From Bdellovibrionales bacterium (GTDB taxonomy: Bacteria > Bdellovibrionota > Bdellovibrionia > Bdellovibrionales > JAUICD01): a stretch of DNA of 64,000 nt. Under the pieces are notes generated by a model. The model was not told the DNA's origin and did not search any database. It saw only the letters and a program-made list of their open reading frames with translations. The position numbers and the translations under genes were made by a program. Where the stretch lies: positions 1,824,001-1,888,000 of the forward strand of contig OZ241865.1 in assembly GCA_965203275.1 (NCBI GenBank). Reading direction: 5' to 3'. Numbering within the stretch: position 1 is the first letter of the stretch; each line of letters begins with the position of its first letter. This document shows, piece by piece, positions 23,170 to 33,582 of this stretch.

Positions 23170-24081
23170 TCACTTGTTAAAAGTTTTGCTTTTTAAGGAT
23201 GGTATAGTCCAATAAATTAAAAGAGTCCAAAGAGTATGAGTCCATGTCAGATGGATTAATTTCATAAAAGGAGGGGAAAGCATTAACAGATTGACCCATC
23301 CTATGACAAAGCCCAAAACATAAAATAACATTAAGTAATGAATTTTTGTTTCACTTTTAAATAAAGCAAGTAGAAATAAACTTGTACTTACATAGATTAT
23401 TGCAAAAATAGGATGGATTATTCGCAATTGCAATAGCCAGTGAGTTCCTTTTTGAAAATCCAATGCAAGGCCTTCTATTAATGAGGTAGAGGGGAAAAGC
23501 GTTGAAGAAAGTGCTGCTATTGCACCTGTGATAGCTAATACTAAGAAACCTATTTGTAAAATCAGAATTTTAATATTTGTATATGCTGTTTTGTTTATAA
23601 AAGGTTGAGATGATTTGAAAGATAAAGCTAAACTTCCTGTTAAAAGCAGACTATTGATTTGATGAATAGACATCACAGTTAATCTTTGGAAGCTTGTGAC
23701 TTCACCCACCAATCCTGAGAGAACTAATTTTGCACCAATGAGAGCTTCTGTAAAGGTAAAGAAAAGAGTCCACAGGCTGGCTTTTCTTATTTTGTGACCG
23801 GGAGGGAAAATCCGAAAGGCCATGATGACTAACAATAGCACAGCTAAGCTAAAAATGCCTGTTGAGGTACGATGAGCAAGCTCTATCCAGGTGGCTATAT
23901 CTGCTTGCTGTGGTAAAATTGTCCCTTGACATAGTGGCCAGCTTTGACCACATCCATCGCCTGACTTTGAGATGCGGACCCAAGCTCCCCACAAGATAAC
24001 AACAAGGGTATAAACCCAAAGTCCTTGAGCATAACGAAAATATGTGTTTTGAGATAAATTTGACTTTGATATTTTAAACAT
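23170..24081 (-). CDS. ctaA: Heme A synthase (COX15/CtaA family)
   Basis: GAWVR...SGDGCGQSWPLC, IELAHR, conserved His residues. Confidence 0.88.
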   Translation of the reverse strand: MFKISKSNLSQNTYFRYAQGLWVYTLVVILWGAWVRISKSGDGCGQSWPLCQGTILPQQADIATWIELAHRTSTGIFSLAVLLLVIMAFRIFPPGHKIRKASLWTLFFTFTEALIGAKLVLSGLVGEVTSFQRLTVMSIHQINSLLLTGSLALSFKSSQPFINKTAYTNIKILILQIGFLVLAITGAIAALSSTLFPSTSLIEGLALDFQKGTHWLLQLRIIHPIFAIIYVSTSLFLLALFKSETKIHYLMLFYVLGFVIGWVNLLMLSPPFMKLIHLTWTHTLWTLLIYWTIPSLKSKTFNK

Positions 24082-24172
24082 GAGATTTCTTTTTCATTTG
24101 TCGCAAGATCATAAAGTTATAATACTAATGGCACGATACTAATGGCACGATAAAATAAAATGGTCAATGTAT

Positions 24173-25009
24173 TTAGATAGGATATCTATTAATTAATCGA
24201 CGTATGCGGTTTTCTACACTGGGCAAGTAATGAAAATAACGTTGAACTGTATCTTGATCTAAAGGATTGACGATAAAAAGATGTGCTGTAGAAGGAGGAA
24301 CTACGATAGGTTTTGTTTGAGCATAAGAATGCAATTTCCAAAGAGCTTGTGCTAAATGCTGAGGATCTCCACAAACTTGCTGAGCAAATTGATCTGCTTC
24401 ATAGTCACTTTGTATATTGATCATCTTCTTTAAACACATTGTAGCTAAAGGCATCAAAAGATAAGTACACATTCCTTGCTGAAAGGGTTGTTTTTTCCTT
24501 AAAATAAAGGCTATGCACTGATCTAAATAATGTCCTAAAAAAAGAAAAGCATTCATTATAACACTGCCAACTCCAAAAGCCAGAGTGTCTAGCTTTTTAA
24601 TATGAAATATTTCATGGGCTAGCACAGCTTTGAGTTGATGGGGCGTTAGAATTTGAGCCAGACTTTTAGAGATCACAATATAACTCTTAAATTGACCAAC
24701 AGAAAAGGCCGTAGGGGTAGATAAAGAAGTAATAAGTATATCTGGTGAGGGAATAGATGCTTGATCAGCAAGCTCTCTGACTGTTTGATGGATCTTCCAA
24801 GGGTCGAACCCTTCCATCTTTTGAGTTGAGAATAAATGCCGTAATTTTTGATCGCTATATAAATATATGTACACATTCCATGTCACAACCACAGCAAAGG
24901 CAACAAGTAATCCTTGGCGATCATAGATGATATAGCCAAGCAACAAGATGACAGCAGAAACACACAATAAAAACAAAAATATCTTTACTATATTATAAGT
25001 CATATTCAA
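24173..25009 (-). CDS. M48 family zinc metalloprotease (HtpX-like)
   Basis: AVLAHEIFH, YEAD, AHLFIVNPL, PSVENRI. Confidence 0.85.
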   Translation of the reverse strand: MNMTYNIVKIFLFLLCVSAVILLLGYIIYDRQGLLVAFAVVVTWNVYIYLYSDQKLRHLFSTQKMEGFDPWKIHQTVRELADQASIPSPDILITSLSTPTAFSVGQFKSYIVISKSLAQILTPHQLKAVLAHEIFHIKKLDTLAFGVGSVIMNAFLFLGHYLDQCIAFILRKKQPFQQGMCTYLLMPLATMCLKKMINIQSDYEADQFAQQVCGDPQHLAQALWKLHSYAQTKPIVVPPSTAHLFIVNPLDQDTVQRYFHYLPSVENRIRRLINRYPI

Positions 25010-25011
25010 GA

Positions 25012-26754
25012 TTACCGATCTAGCTCTCCTGCAATGACATTCATGCTTCCGAGAATAGCAACCACATCAGATAAAAGCCGATTTTCAATAGCTTTAGCAA
25101 AAGACTGATAAATAGCAAAGCAGGGAGGGCGAACCTTTAACCGATAAGGTTTTGGCTCTCCGTTACTTATAAGATAAAAACCTAACTCTCCATTGGCAGC
25201 TTCTGTTGCATCATAAATTTCTCCTTGAGGAGGCTTTAAGCCTTTGATCACTAGCATAAAATGATTCATTAAACCTTCAATATTACCATATACATCTTTT
25301 TTATCAGGTAAAACAATTTGTTTATCACGAATGGTAAAATCACCTTCAGGGATATTTTCGACGACTTGTCTGATGATCTTCATAGATTGTCTCATTTCTT
25401 CTAATCTTACTAAATAGCGATCATACACATCGCCCGAAGTTCCTACTGGTACATCAAAGTTTAGTTGGTCATAACCATAATAACTAGTAGCTTTTCTAAG
25501 GTCTAAACCCACACCTGTTGCACGCAAGCAAGGTCCTGTGTATCCATAAGCAATGGCTTCTTCTGCGGAGATACAGCCTACATTTTTGGTTCTTTCAACC
25601 CAGATTTTGTTATGAGTTAAAAGCTTGTCGATCTCATTAACTCCCTTTTCAATTTTATTAAGAGTTTCTAACACATCGTCGAACCATCCTGGAGGAGGGT
25701 CATTGGCCATGCCACCCACACGAGTCATAGAAACAGTCAATCTTGCACCGCAGAGCTTTTCAAAAAGGCTATACACCATCTCTCTCATATTAAATAAGTA
25801 AAAGAAGCTTGTCATAGCTCCTAAGTCCACAGCATTTGCACCAATGCAGACACAATGATCAATAATACGACTTAACTCACATAAAACAATACGAATAGCT
25901 TGAGCTTTTGGAGGAATTTCTATGTCCAGTAATCGTTCTACAGTTTTACAATAACCTACATTGTTCATAGGAGCAGAGCAGTAATTTAATCTATCTGTAT
26001 AAGGAATGACTTGATTGTAATGATGTGTTTCTGCCATTTTTTCAAAGCAACGATGCAGAAAGCCAATCTCTACATTAGCTCGATGAATGGTTTCACCATC
26101 TAACTCAGCCATAATTCTGAGTGTTCCATGAGTGGCAGGATGAGAAGGTCCAATATTTAAAGATACAAGATTTTTATTAGGATCCTTCTCATAAGTCATG
26201 TCGTTTTCAAAATGCAAATCTTTAACAGAATAACAATGTTGTTGCTGATCTGATCTATAATCCTTACGTAAAGGATGCCCTTGGAATTCATGGTGTGTCA
26301 GTAATCTTTGCAAGTAAGGATGCCCTTCAAATATGATGCCAAACATATCATAAGCTTCTCTCTCGAACCAATTAGCTCCTTTCCATAAAGGAGTGATAGA
26401 TTTAATCTTTAAAGAAGGTGGTAATTTTGTTTTAAGCCTTAAGCGTTGGAAGGTTTTAGATGAGAAAAAATGATAGGCTACCCATAAACGATTTTCTTTA
26501 GTAAAGTCTTTAGCATTTGTATCAACAAGTTTATTTTGAGGAGATAGATCTTTTAAAGGGTAGGTTAAATAATCTATTCCACAGACATCCATTAAAAAGT
26601 CATATATTTGTGTTTGCTTTAAATATTTGACGAAGTTATAGACTTGATCTGATGGGATATTTATAACATCATCGCCATATTCTGTGTAAAATTGAAATAG
26701 AGAAACATCAAATGAAGTGGCTAACTTTTGTTTTATTTGCTCTAAGTGCTTCAT
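25012..26754 (-). CDS. nuoCD: NADH-quinone oxidoreductase subunit C/D fusion
   Basis: EREAYDMFGI, GHPLRKDY, NIGPSHPATHG, GELDR. Confidence 0.96.
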   Translation of the reverse strand: MKHLEQIKQKLATSFDVSLFQFYTEYGDDVINIPSDQVYNFVKYLKQTQIYDFLMDVCGIDYLTYPLKDLSPQNKLVDTNAKDFTKENRLWVAYHFFSSKTFQRLRLKTKLPPSLKIKSITPLWKGANWFEREAYDMFGIIFEGHPYLQRLLTHHEFQGHPLRKDYRSDQQQHCYSVKDLHFENDMTYEKDPNKNLVSLNIGPSHPATHGTLRIMAELDGETIHRANVEIGFLHRCFEKMAETHHYNQVIPYTDRLNYCSAPMNNVGYCKTVERLLDIEIPPKAQAIRIVLCELSRIIDHCVCIGANAVDLGAMTSFFYLFNMREMVYSLFEKLCGARLTVSMTRVGGMANDPPPGWFDDVLETLNKIEKGVNEIDKLLTHNKIWVERTKNVGCISAEEAIAYGYTGPCLRATGVGLDLRKATSYYGYDQLNFDVPVGTSGDVYDRYLVRLEEMRQSMKIIRQVVENIPEGDFTIRDKQIVLPDKKDVYGNIEGLMNHFMLVIKGLKPPQGEIYDATEAANGELGFYLISNGEPKPYRLKVRPPCFAIYQSFAKAIENRLLSDVVAILGSMNVIAGELDR

Positions 26755-26767
26755 TTAATATTCCTAT

Positions 26768-27337
26768 CTAAGCTGCTGGAGGTGACTTTGTAGATGGAGA
26801 TTTGTTCCAGTTGTTTTTCCAGTGATCCTTCCATGGACGAGGCTGGCCTGAGGCAATCATTTTTTGCAAAACCATTAAGCCATCTAGTACAGCTTCAGGT
26901 GTTGGTGGACAACCAGGAACATACACATCAACAGGGATGACTTTGTCTATTCCTTGGAGAACATGGTAAGCTCTGTAAAAACCGCCAGAACTAGCACAAG
27001 CACCCATAGAGAGAACGTATTTAGGTTCTAACATTTGTTGATAGATATGGATGAGTACGGGAGCCATTTTCTCTGTGATGGTACCTGCTACTAAGAGTAA
27101 ATCTGATTGTCGAGGAGAAAACCGCACCACCTCTGCACCAAAACGGGCCATGTCATATTTAGGGCCTAGAACAGACATGAGTTCAATTCCACAGCAGGCT
27201 GTACCATAAGGTAGGGGCCATAGAGAGTTCTTACGTCCCCAAGCCATTAATTTATCAAAACGGGTTGTAAAAGCTGCTGTCTCTAAAAGACCTTGTGTCT
27301 TCACGGAGCCAATTTTAACTTGAGGTTTATTATTCAT
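26768..27337 (-). CDS. nuoB: NADH-quinone oxidoreductase subunit B
   Basis: [28 protein letters not shown]. Confidence 0.97.
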   Translation of the reverse strand: MNNKPQVKIGSVKTQGLLETAAFTTRFDKLMAWGRKNSLWPLPYGTACCGIELMSVLGPKYDMARFGAEVVRFSPRQSDLLLVAGTITEKMAPVLIHIYQQMLEPKYVLSMGACASSGGFYRAYHVLQGIDKVIPVDVYVPGCPPTPEAVLDGLMVLQKMIASGQPRPWKDHWKNNWNKSPSTKSPPAA

Positions 27338-27517
27338 TATGACCTCTCACTTATTGTTCTTGCTTATGTGCTTGTTTTGCTTGCTTTGTATGTAATTTGT
27401 TTACAATTTGTTTGTCAGGGATGACTCTTACTTTTCTTATTATTTATTAGTTTATATAAATCACTGTGCATTTGTCAAGGTGTTATTTGCTATTTTCAAT
27501 ATTGGCAATATGGGCTT

Positions 27518-28792
27518 TTATGAAGGTTTAGACCTCAAGGCTTGAGATGGTGTTTTTTCCACAGTGAGGAAGGCAGGTAGCCAAGCTGACAGCAAAGAGA
27601 TCACAACAGACAATATCATAATCAAAGTAATCCCGATAAAGTCTAGCTTAACAGGAAGGCTTGTATCATAATAAATATCAGGCAACCGCAAGAGTGTAAA
27701 ATGATCTAAAAGAAGGCTTAAACCAATACCAATACTTAAACCACTACAAATCCCTAATCCTGCTAATCCACAACTGATACTCATCATTAAACGATGTGTT
27801 TTTTGAGGGGATAATCCTAAAGCCATTAACAAGCCCATATCTTGTCTTTTTTGTGTACCAAGTAAGATCAAAACAGTGATAATAGCAAAGTTACTAATTA
27901 AAAGACTTAAGCTTAAAAATATTACAATTAAGAACTTCTCCATCTTTAAAGAATAAAAAAGATGAGAGTTACGGCTAGCCCAGCTTTCTACAACAAAGTT
28001 TGAATCTGTTATGTCTAAATACTTTTTATAGTCATCTGGATCGTCTAGCCAAACTTCTATTCCTTTTTGCAAAGAAGCTGTTTGACCTAGAGCTGCCAAT
28101 GTCTTGCCTTTTTTGTAAAAGATACTTTGAGAGATAGTTTTTGAGTCTGTCATAGGAGTGTTGATTATGCCAATCACCTTGACTTGATCAAAAGGGGGTA
28201 TTTCTCCAGGTGGCAACAATAAAGACTCTGGAGCGATCACCACCACTTGATCTTCTTGAAAAATACCTAGACTTCTAGCTAAATCCATTCCCATAAAAAC
28301 TTCATCATCACGAATTTCAATATCTTCTTCTTGTGGTTCTTGTAGCTCTTGTGGTTCTTGTGAAGTCATACCTTGGTTTTCAATTCTCTGTAGTAGCTTC
28401 TTTAGAGGGGCTGAGTCCATGCCCTTAGCTATTGCTCCTTCATAGAATCCATCAGCTGTTCTGATTAAGACATCTTGTTGTTCAAAAATGTAGCCTTCTG
28501 CATCAGGTGGCAGAGCTTTTAATAGCTTTTCTTGTTGGGTTTGTGTGTTGTTTTGTGTGGGGTTTCGAGTGTGGTTTTGTTTAGGGCTTTGGAAGATTAA
28601 ATGAGGTTCTACGGCAAGTAATCTTTGCTTGGTATTCTCGCCTAAGCCGTTCATTATACTTAAAACGACTACCATGGATGTAATGCCTAATGTGACACCT
28701 AGGAATCCAATCCAAGAAATAGTTCGAATAAGAGAACCAGCAGCTTTAGAGAATAAATATCGAAAGAAAAATGTTTTTATCATAAATGCCAT
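27518..28792 (-). CDS. Lipoprotein-releasing ABC transporter permease (LolC/E family)
   Basis: VVLSIMNG, SLKMEK, LPDIYY. Confidence 0.88.
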   Translation of the reverse strand: MAFMIKTFFFRYLFSKAAGSLIRTISWIGFLGVTLGITSMVVVLSIMNGLGENTKQRLLAVEPHLIFQSPKQNHTRNPTQNNTQTQQEKLLKALPPDAEGYIFEQQDVLIRTADGFYEGAIAKGMDSAPLKKLLQRIENQGMTSQEPQELQEPQEEDIEIRDDEVFMGMDLARSLGIFQEDQVVVIAPESLLLPPGEIPPFDQVKVIGIINTPMTDSKTISQSIFYKKGKTLAALGQTASLQKGIEVWLDDPDDYKKYLDITDSNFVVESWASRNSHLFYSLKMEKFLIVIFLSLSLLISNFAIITVLILLGTQKRQDMGLLMALGLSPQKTHRLMMSISCGLAGLGICSGLSIGIGLSLLLDHFTLLRLPDIYYDTSLPVKLDFIGITLIMILSVVISLLSAWLPAFLTVEKTPSQALRSKPS

Positions 28793-28899
28793 CTTATATT
28801 TTTTATAAGATTTTAAGTAAAAAGTAAAAATAAATAAGCAGAAGATATTTGCTTTCTTGACGTTGTTTTGGTTTTAGTGGGAGAGAGAAGATGTTCCTC

Positions 28900-29363
28900 A
28901 TCCCAAACCCCACCCGCCACCCTTCGATTGTTGTTTCACTCAAAATGAACTGGCCTCTGGCCACTTTTGGGTAGCCAGCCCGACGACTTTCGTCGTCGAT
29001 CAAAGGCTGGCTACCTCAAAAGCTTGTTCATTTTGAGTAGAGGAGGATCCTTTTATTCCTCTACACCATGTTAGGGAAACAAGATATACCTCTAAAATGT
29101 TTTTGGAAAGCAAGCTCAATGCAATAAAGGAACTTTTTCCTTAACATGGTGTTAAAAAGCAAGGAGATCCTTCCTACTAAAAGTGGTCAGGCTTTCTAGG
29201 CGATGACCATTTTGCCAATGGCGAAAGCCATTGCGGTCATTGCCAGAAAGTAGCCAGAGGCTAGACCACTTTTAGTGAAACAGCTTAGCCTTTGATCGAC
29301 GGCGGTAGCCGTCGGGCTGGCTATCCAAAAGTGACCAGAGGTCAGTTCACTTTGAGTGAAACA
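28900..29363. repeat. Family B fragment, inverted family A doublet, and a 5'-truncated family A copy
   Basis: Reverse copy ~28933-29080, forward copy ~29133-29282, truncated copy ~29287-29363. Confidence 0.88.
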
Positions 29364-29512
29364 AACTATGTAAAGTTTACAAAACACTATATAACCTTTA
29401 CAACATGGATTGTTTTCGTTTGCAATCGTTTGTAATCTGTGCATAATAAGGCAAAAGGTATTACATTGAAGATTTTTTAATGATTAAAAGACTTAAAGAA
29501 AGGAGAAAAATT

Positions 29513-30430
29513 ATGAAACCATTAAGCATTATAATAATAACTATAACAACTTTATTTTTCAGTTCAACGGCTGTTTTAGCTCAAACAACTAACCTTTGTA
29601 ATATTGATTGGTATAGTTCTGCCAGTAGTAACGATATATCAAATGCTATTAGAAATGGTGCTAATGTTAATCAATCTTGCTCAAGTAGCTCATCGCCATT
29701 GTTGCTTGCCTTAGAATATGGCAGAGCTGATGTGGTCCTTGCATTGATACGGGCAGGTGCTAATTTGGATTATCAAGACCCTTACACTCGTCAAACACCC
29801 AATCAAGTGATCACTGACCAATGTGATAGGGGCCGGATCGATCGCAGTGTGTGCAATGAAGTCAGACGTGGATTTGAGGCAAGAGCCGAAGCTCAAAATA
29901 ACCTGTGTGACCCGCGTTGGTGGCAGTCATTCTATCGACAGAGTGACTCTCAAGCTAAAAGCCGTATGCAGGCTGTGATGCGTACGCCAGGCTTGGATGT
30001 TAATTATGATTGTGGTAGAGGTGATCGCCCTTTACATATTGCCTTACAGGATTCCTTAACTCCACTAACAATCGGAGTTGCTCGGGCTATAGTGATCTTT
30101 ATGCAGGAAGCTAAAAATTTAGATCGTTTTGTAAAGAATAGATCTGGCAGATCCATTATGGACCTGGCAGAAGTGAGATATGACCATCAAATAAGAGGTA
30201 ATTATCGTCGTCTTTTATCAAGACATTGCAGTAATCAGATAACAGTACAAGAATATAATCGACAATACAATCAAATTTATAGAAATGAAGCAGGCATATA
30301 TATATACATAAAAGGATATGGAAGTGATCAAGCGTATCAAGAAGCTAGAGCCAATTTTAATCAAGAACTTTTTGGTACCACTCAAACTGGTCCAAAAACT
30401 GATGAGCAACTTTGTTTAAAATATAGGTAA
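29513..30430 (+). CDS. Secreted ankyrin-repeat-containing protein
   Basis: RBS aaggag then MKPL signal peptide; SPLLLALEYGRADVVLALIRAGANLD; DRPLHIAL. Confidence 0.75.
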   Translation: MKPLSIIIITITTLFFSSTAVLAQTTNLCNIDWYSSASSNDISNAIRNGANVNQSCSSSSSPLLLALEYGRADVVLALIRAGANLDYQDPYTRQTPNQVITDQCDRGRIDRSVCNEVRRGFEARAEAQNNLCDPRWWQSFYRQSDSQAKSRMQAVMRTPGLDVNYDCGRGDRPLHIALQDSLTPLTIGVARAIVIFMQEAKNLDRFVKNRSGRSIMDLAEVRYDHQIRGNYRRLLSRHCSNQITVQEYNRQYNQIYRNEAGIYIYIKGYGSDQAYQEARANFNQELFGTTQTGPKTDEQLCLKYR

Positions 30431-30522
30431 AATGATTTTATATTTGAGCATATTAATTATCTAAAATATTGACAGTTTGATAAAAAGTAGACACTAAGAA
30501 GCAAATAAATGCCATTTAAACT

Positions 30523-30538
30523 TGGCATCCCCCTTGCA
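30523..30538 (+). promoter_or_regulatory. Sigma-54 promoter
   Basis: TGGCATCCCCCTTGCA (GG-N10-GC), ~60 bp upstream of the ORF. Confidence 0.65.
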
Positions 30539-30597
30539 GGTTTAAAAATAGGTGAGGTTTTATTTTATGTACTTTCAAATCAAAGGGGGATTGATTT

Positions 30598-31616
30598 GTG
30601 ATCAACAAAAGCTGTTTTTTAAGATATTCATTTTGTTATTCTAGTTTAATTATTTATATCGGCCTTATATTTGTCTTTATTCCTATACCAAGCTTAGCTG
30701 CTTGTGATGATGATCCTCTTTGTCTCCCTGATGGTTTAAAACCTCAGGGTGCAGGAGCGAGTGCCACAAATGCAACGCCAGAGACTGGTGCAGAACCTGC
30801 AACAAAAAAGGGCAGTAGATTTGGTATATATTCAATGGCTTGCACCACTATTCAAAGCACAGTCCTGAATTTAGCCTGCAATCAGAAGGCTTATGCATCG
30901 GCGACCAAACCCGTCACAGATCGCTTCGAACAGATGATGGCCAATAATAGCAATGGCAGTCAGAAGGACCAATGTCAATTGACGCAACAGATGAATGAAG
31001 TAACTAAAAAAATCAATCAATCCATCACAGGCAAATGCCATACGGCCATTCTCTCATGTAAAACCACTTGTGGTCTGGCCCTTAAAAATGCAAAAGTAGC
31101 CCACGCTGCTGCTATTGAACCTACGGCCAAAGCTATGTTCTGGGCAGAGATGACCGCTATTAGCAAGAGTATGACAAGCTGTGCTAGCAAATGGGCCAGC
31201 GTAAAGAAAACCAGCGATCTTCAGGTAGCTCGTAATACAGATGCCATTAAGCAAGCTAAAGACTGCGTAGATGGTTTGGGTGGATCCGGTGAGTTGAGCG
31301 ATTCTTCTAATTGCAATCAACTTCCACTAGCTCAAAAAAACCTCTGTCAAGAACTAGGTGAGGTGGCCTTCTGCAAACAACATCCAAAGATAGATTTTTG
31401 CCGTAGTTTGTCAGATAGCCTCTTTGCCGGCAAAACAGATACCCCCGGCCCTGGTCACACGAATGCCAATGCCATCGCCTCAAATCCCCTAAAACAAACC
31501 CTAACAGGGGGGGGGGGACGAAGGTCTAGGCAATTCATCGCAACAAGACTTAGCCACATCTGAAATATGTCAACAACATCCAGATAGCCCGCAGTGTAAG
31601 AGAGATGAGTGTAATT
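30598..31616 (+). pseudogene. 5' part of an IS-interrupted Cys-rich secreted protein gene, frameshifted at a G11 tract
   Basis: Signal peptide and paired Cys; 30858-31616 is repeated at 33583-34340. Confidence 0.8.
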
Positions 31617-33582
31617 CCTGAGTTTGACAGTTGGAAAAATAAAGTTGAGTAAAATCAGTAGGTTATGAGTCGAAAGGGATTTTGTGCCACTAGGTTTTTG
31701 TTTTTGTGGCAGAATTTTGAACAATCTATTAAGATTGTGATTGTGATGATTCTACTTTTAATTGTTTTGCTGGTATTTTGACTCCTATTGCTTTAAATAC
31801 ATCTGTTGCATGACCTGTGATATCTGTTCTCATCCACAGGGTCTTATCTTTTAATGTGACAGGCACTGCTCTGACTTCTTTTAACTTTAACATTGCTTCT
31901 GAAACACTCAGTTGCCTTGCTTGTTTATTCTGACCTGTCATTAATTCTTCTCTACATTTAATACCTTTTTCATAAAGCTTCTTGCTTAAATAAGCTTCAC
32001 AAAGATATGATATAAAACATAATACTAAGTGACCTAATATCCTCTTGTCTGTCCAATGAAACATCGGACGAGTCTTGAGAAAACCTTTTATATCTCTAAA
32101 TGCTTTCTCTACCTTCCAAAGATGTTTATAATTTAATATAAGCTCTTTAGATGATAAATTTTTTGCATTTGTAATAATTCCAAAAAATCCATCTTGTTGT
32201 TCTGATGCTTTTATTGCATCTTCATTTAATTGAGGCTTGTCTTTTGAAGTAGGATGACTTATGTATTTTTTGTAATTCATATTAGATATAAAGTCTTTGG
32301 GATTAATTGTCTTTTTAGATAATTTTGTTTGCAGTTTAGATAAAATATCTTCTCTTAATTTTTTATCTCTTTCTGCTCGCTTTCTTGACCAACCGATGAT
32401 ACAACGACGACCTTTATGCTCTGTCTCATAGATAGCTAAGTCATCATTAACCCATTTAAAATTCTTTAGATTATATATCTCCTTAAAACGATCTTTTAAT
32501 AAACCTAACTTTAATCCTACTATAAACTCATGACCTTCTTCCTTAAATAAATTTAGATTTTCATTAGAAAATAATCCACGATCTCCTACTAATATAAATC
32601 TTCTTATGTTAAACTTCTCTTTTAACTTTGAGATCGCTTCTGGCATTGTTTTACCTTCATAAGTATTACCAGGATAAACATCAAAGCCTAACGGCATACC
32701 TTCCGTATCTACTAACAAGCCAAATACAACTTGTGTGCAATCACTTCTTTTTTCTTTACTGTAACCAAATCTTCGAAGATCGTCTAAATCTTCTCTTGTA
32801 CTTTCAAATCTCAAGGTGGTTAGATCATATAAAACAACATCACATTGATTAAAAAGATTCATCTGAGCTTTATTTTTATTGTAGAGTTTCTTTTCTATAT
32901 CTTCCTTATGTTCTGCTAGAATATCTAAAGAACGATAAATATCCTGAAGATGAAGTTCTTTTTCTAAAAAGTCCGGATAAAATAACTTCTGCCAGTGTGA
33001 AAAAACTTGCAGTTTAGAACATGGCTCTACAAATCGACTTATAACCAATGTGAAAACAATCTTAACAAAATCAAATCGCAGTTTAGGATGTTTTTTCTTC
33101 AAATCTGCTAATAACTCATAGAGGTTTAACTGTTTAAAAATAGCATCTATAATAAGCAGAGGACCTAAGATAAATGTATTTTTTATATCAATTTTTTTAG
33201 CTAATTGATTCGCAGAGATGATATCTAAATGACGGCTGATCAGTTCAGATAAGTCTTCTAATCGATCATCTTTAGACTTTCCTAAAGACATAAGTGTTCT
33301 ATGGTGACTTTTACCATTTTTCCAATAGCTTTCAGCTATTTGATAGTAAGTTTGTCCTCTAGAGTTTTTTGTTTTCTTTATGAACATAAGAATATACTAG
33401 AACAAAAATACAAAAAATCAAGAAAAAAACGACTTTTTAACGCACTGCATTCGAATTTTGTGCCACTAGGATTTTTTACAAAATCCCAAAAATTCAAGCT
33501 TGCAAATCCCTCTAACACCTATAAATAAAGCATTCTTAAAAAAAAAGATATCCACATTTGCAAATCAACTGTCAAACTCAGG
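31617..33582 (-). mobile_element. IS1634-family insertion sequence
   Basis: Perfect 17-bp terminal inverted repeat CCTGAGTTTGACAGTTG (31617-31633 / 33566-33582). Confidence 0.93.
31729..33387 (-). CDS. IS1634-family DDE transposase
   Basis: LYDLTTLRFES, FGYSKEKRSD, VGDRG, YKHLWKVEKAFRDIK, RPMFHW. Confidence 0.93.
   Translation of the reverse strand: MFIKKTKNSRGQTYYQIAESYWKNGKSHHRTLMSLGKSKDDRLEDLSELISRHLDIISANQLAKKIDIKNTFILGPLLIIDAIFKQLNLYELLADLKKKHPKLRFDFVKIVFTLVISRFVEPCSKLQVFSHWQKLFYPDFLEKELHLQDIYRSLDILAEHKEDIEKKLYNKNKAQMNLFNQCDVVLYDLTTLRFESTREDLDDLRRFGYSKEKRSDCTQVVFGLLVDTEGMPLGFDVYPGNTYEGKTMPEAISKLKEKFNIRRFILVGDRGLFSNENLNLFKEEGHEFIVGLKLGLLKDRFKEIYNLKNFKWVNDDLAIYETEHKGRRCIIGWSRKRAERDKKLREDILSKLQTKLSKKTINPKDFISNMNYKKYISHPTSKDKPQLNEDAIKASEQQDGFFGIITNAKNLSSKELILNYKHLWKVEKAFRDIKGFLKTRPMFHWTDKRILGHLVLCFISYLCEAYLSKKLYEKGIKCREELMTGQNKQARQLSVSEAMLKLKEVRAVPVTLKDKTLWMRTDITGHATDVFKAIGVKIPAKQLKVESSQSQS

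Noticed and set aside
33500..33582. N-terminus of the 472-aa ORF as a real start
   Set aside because: It lies inside the IS end; the true N-terminus is at 30598.
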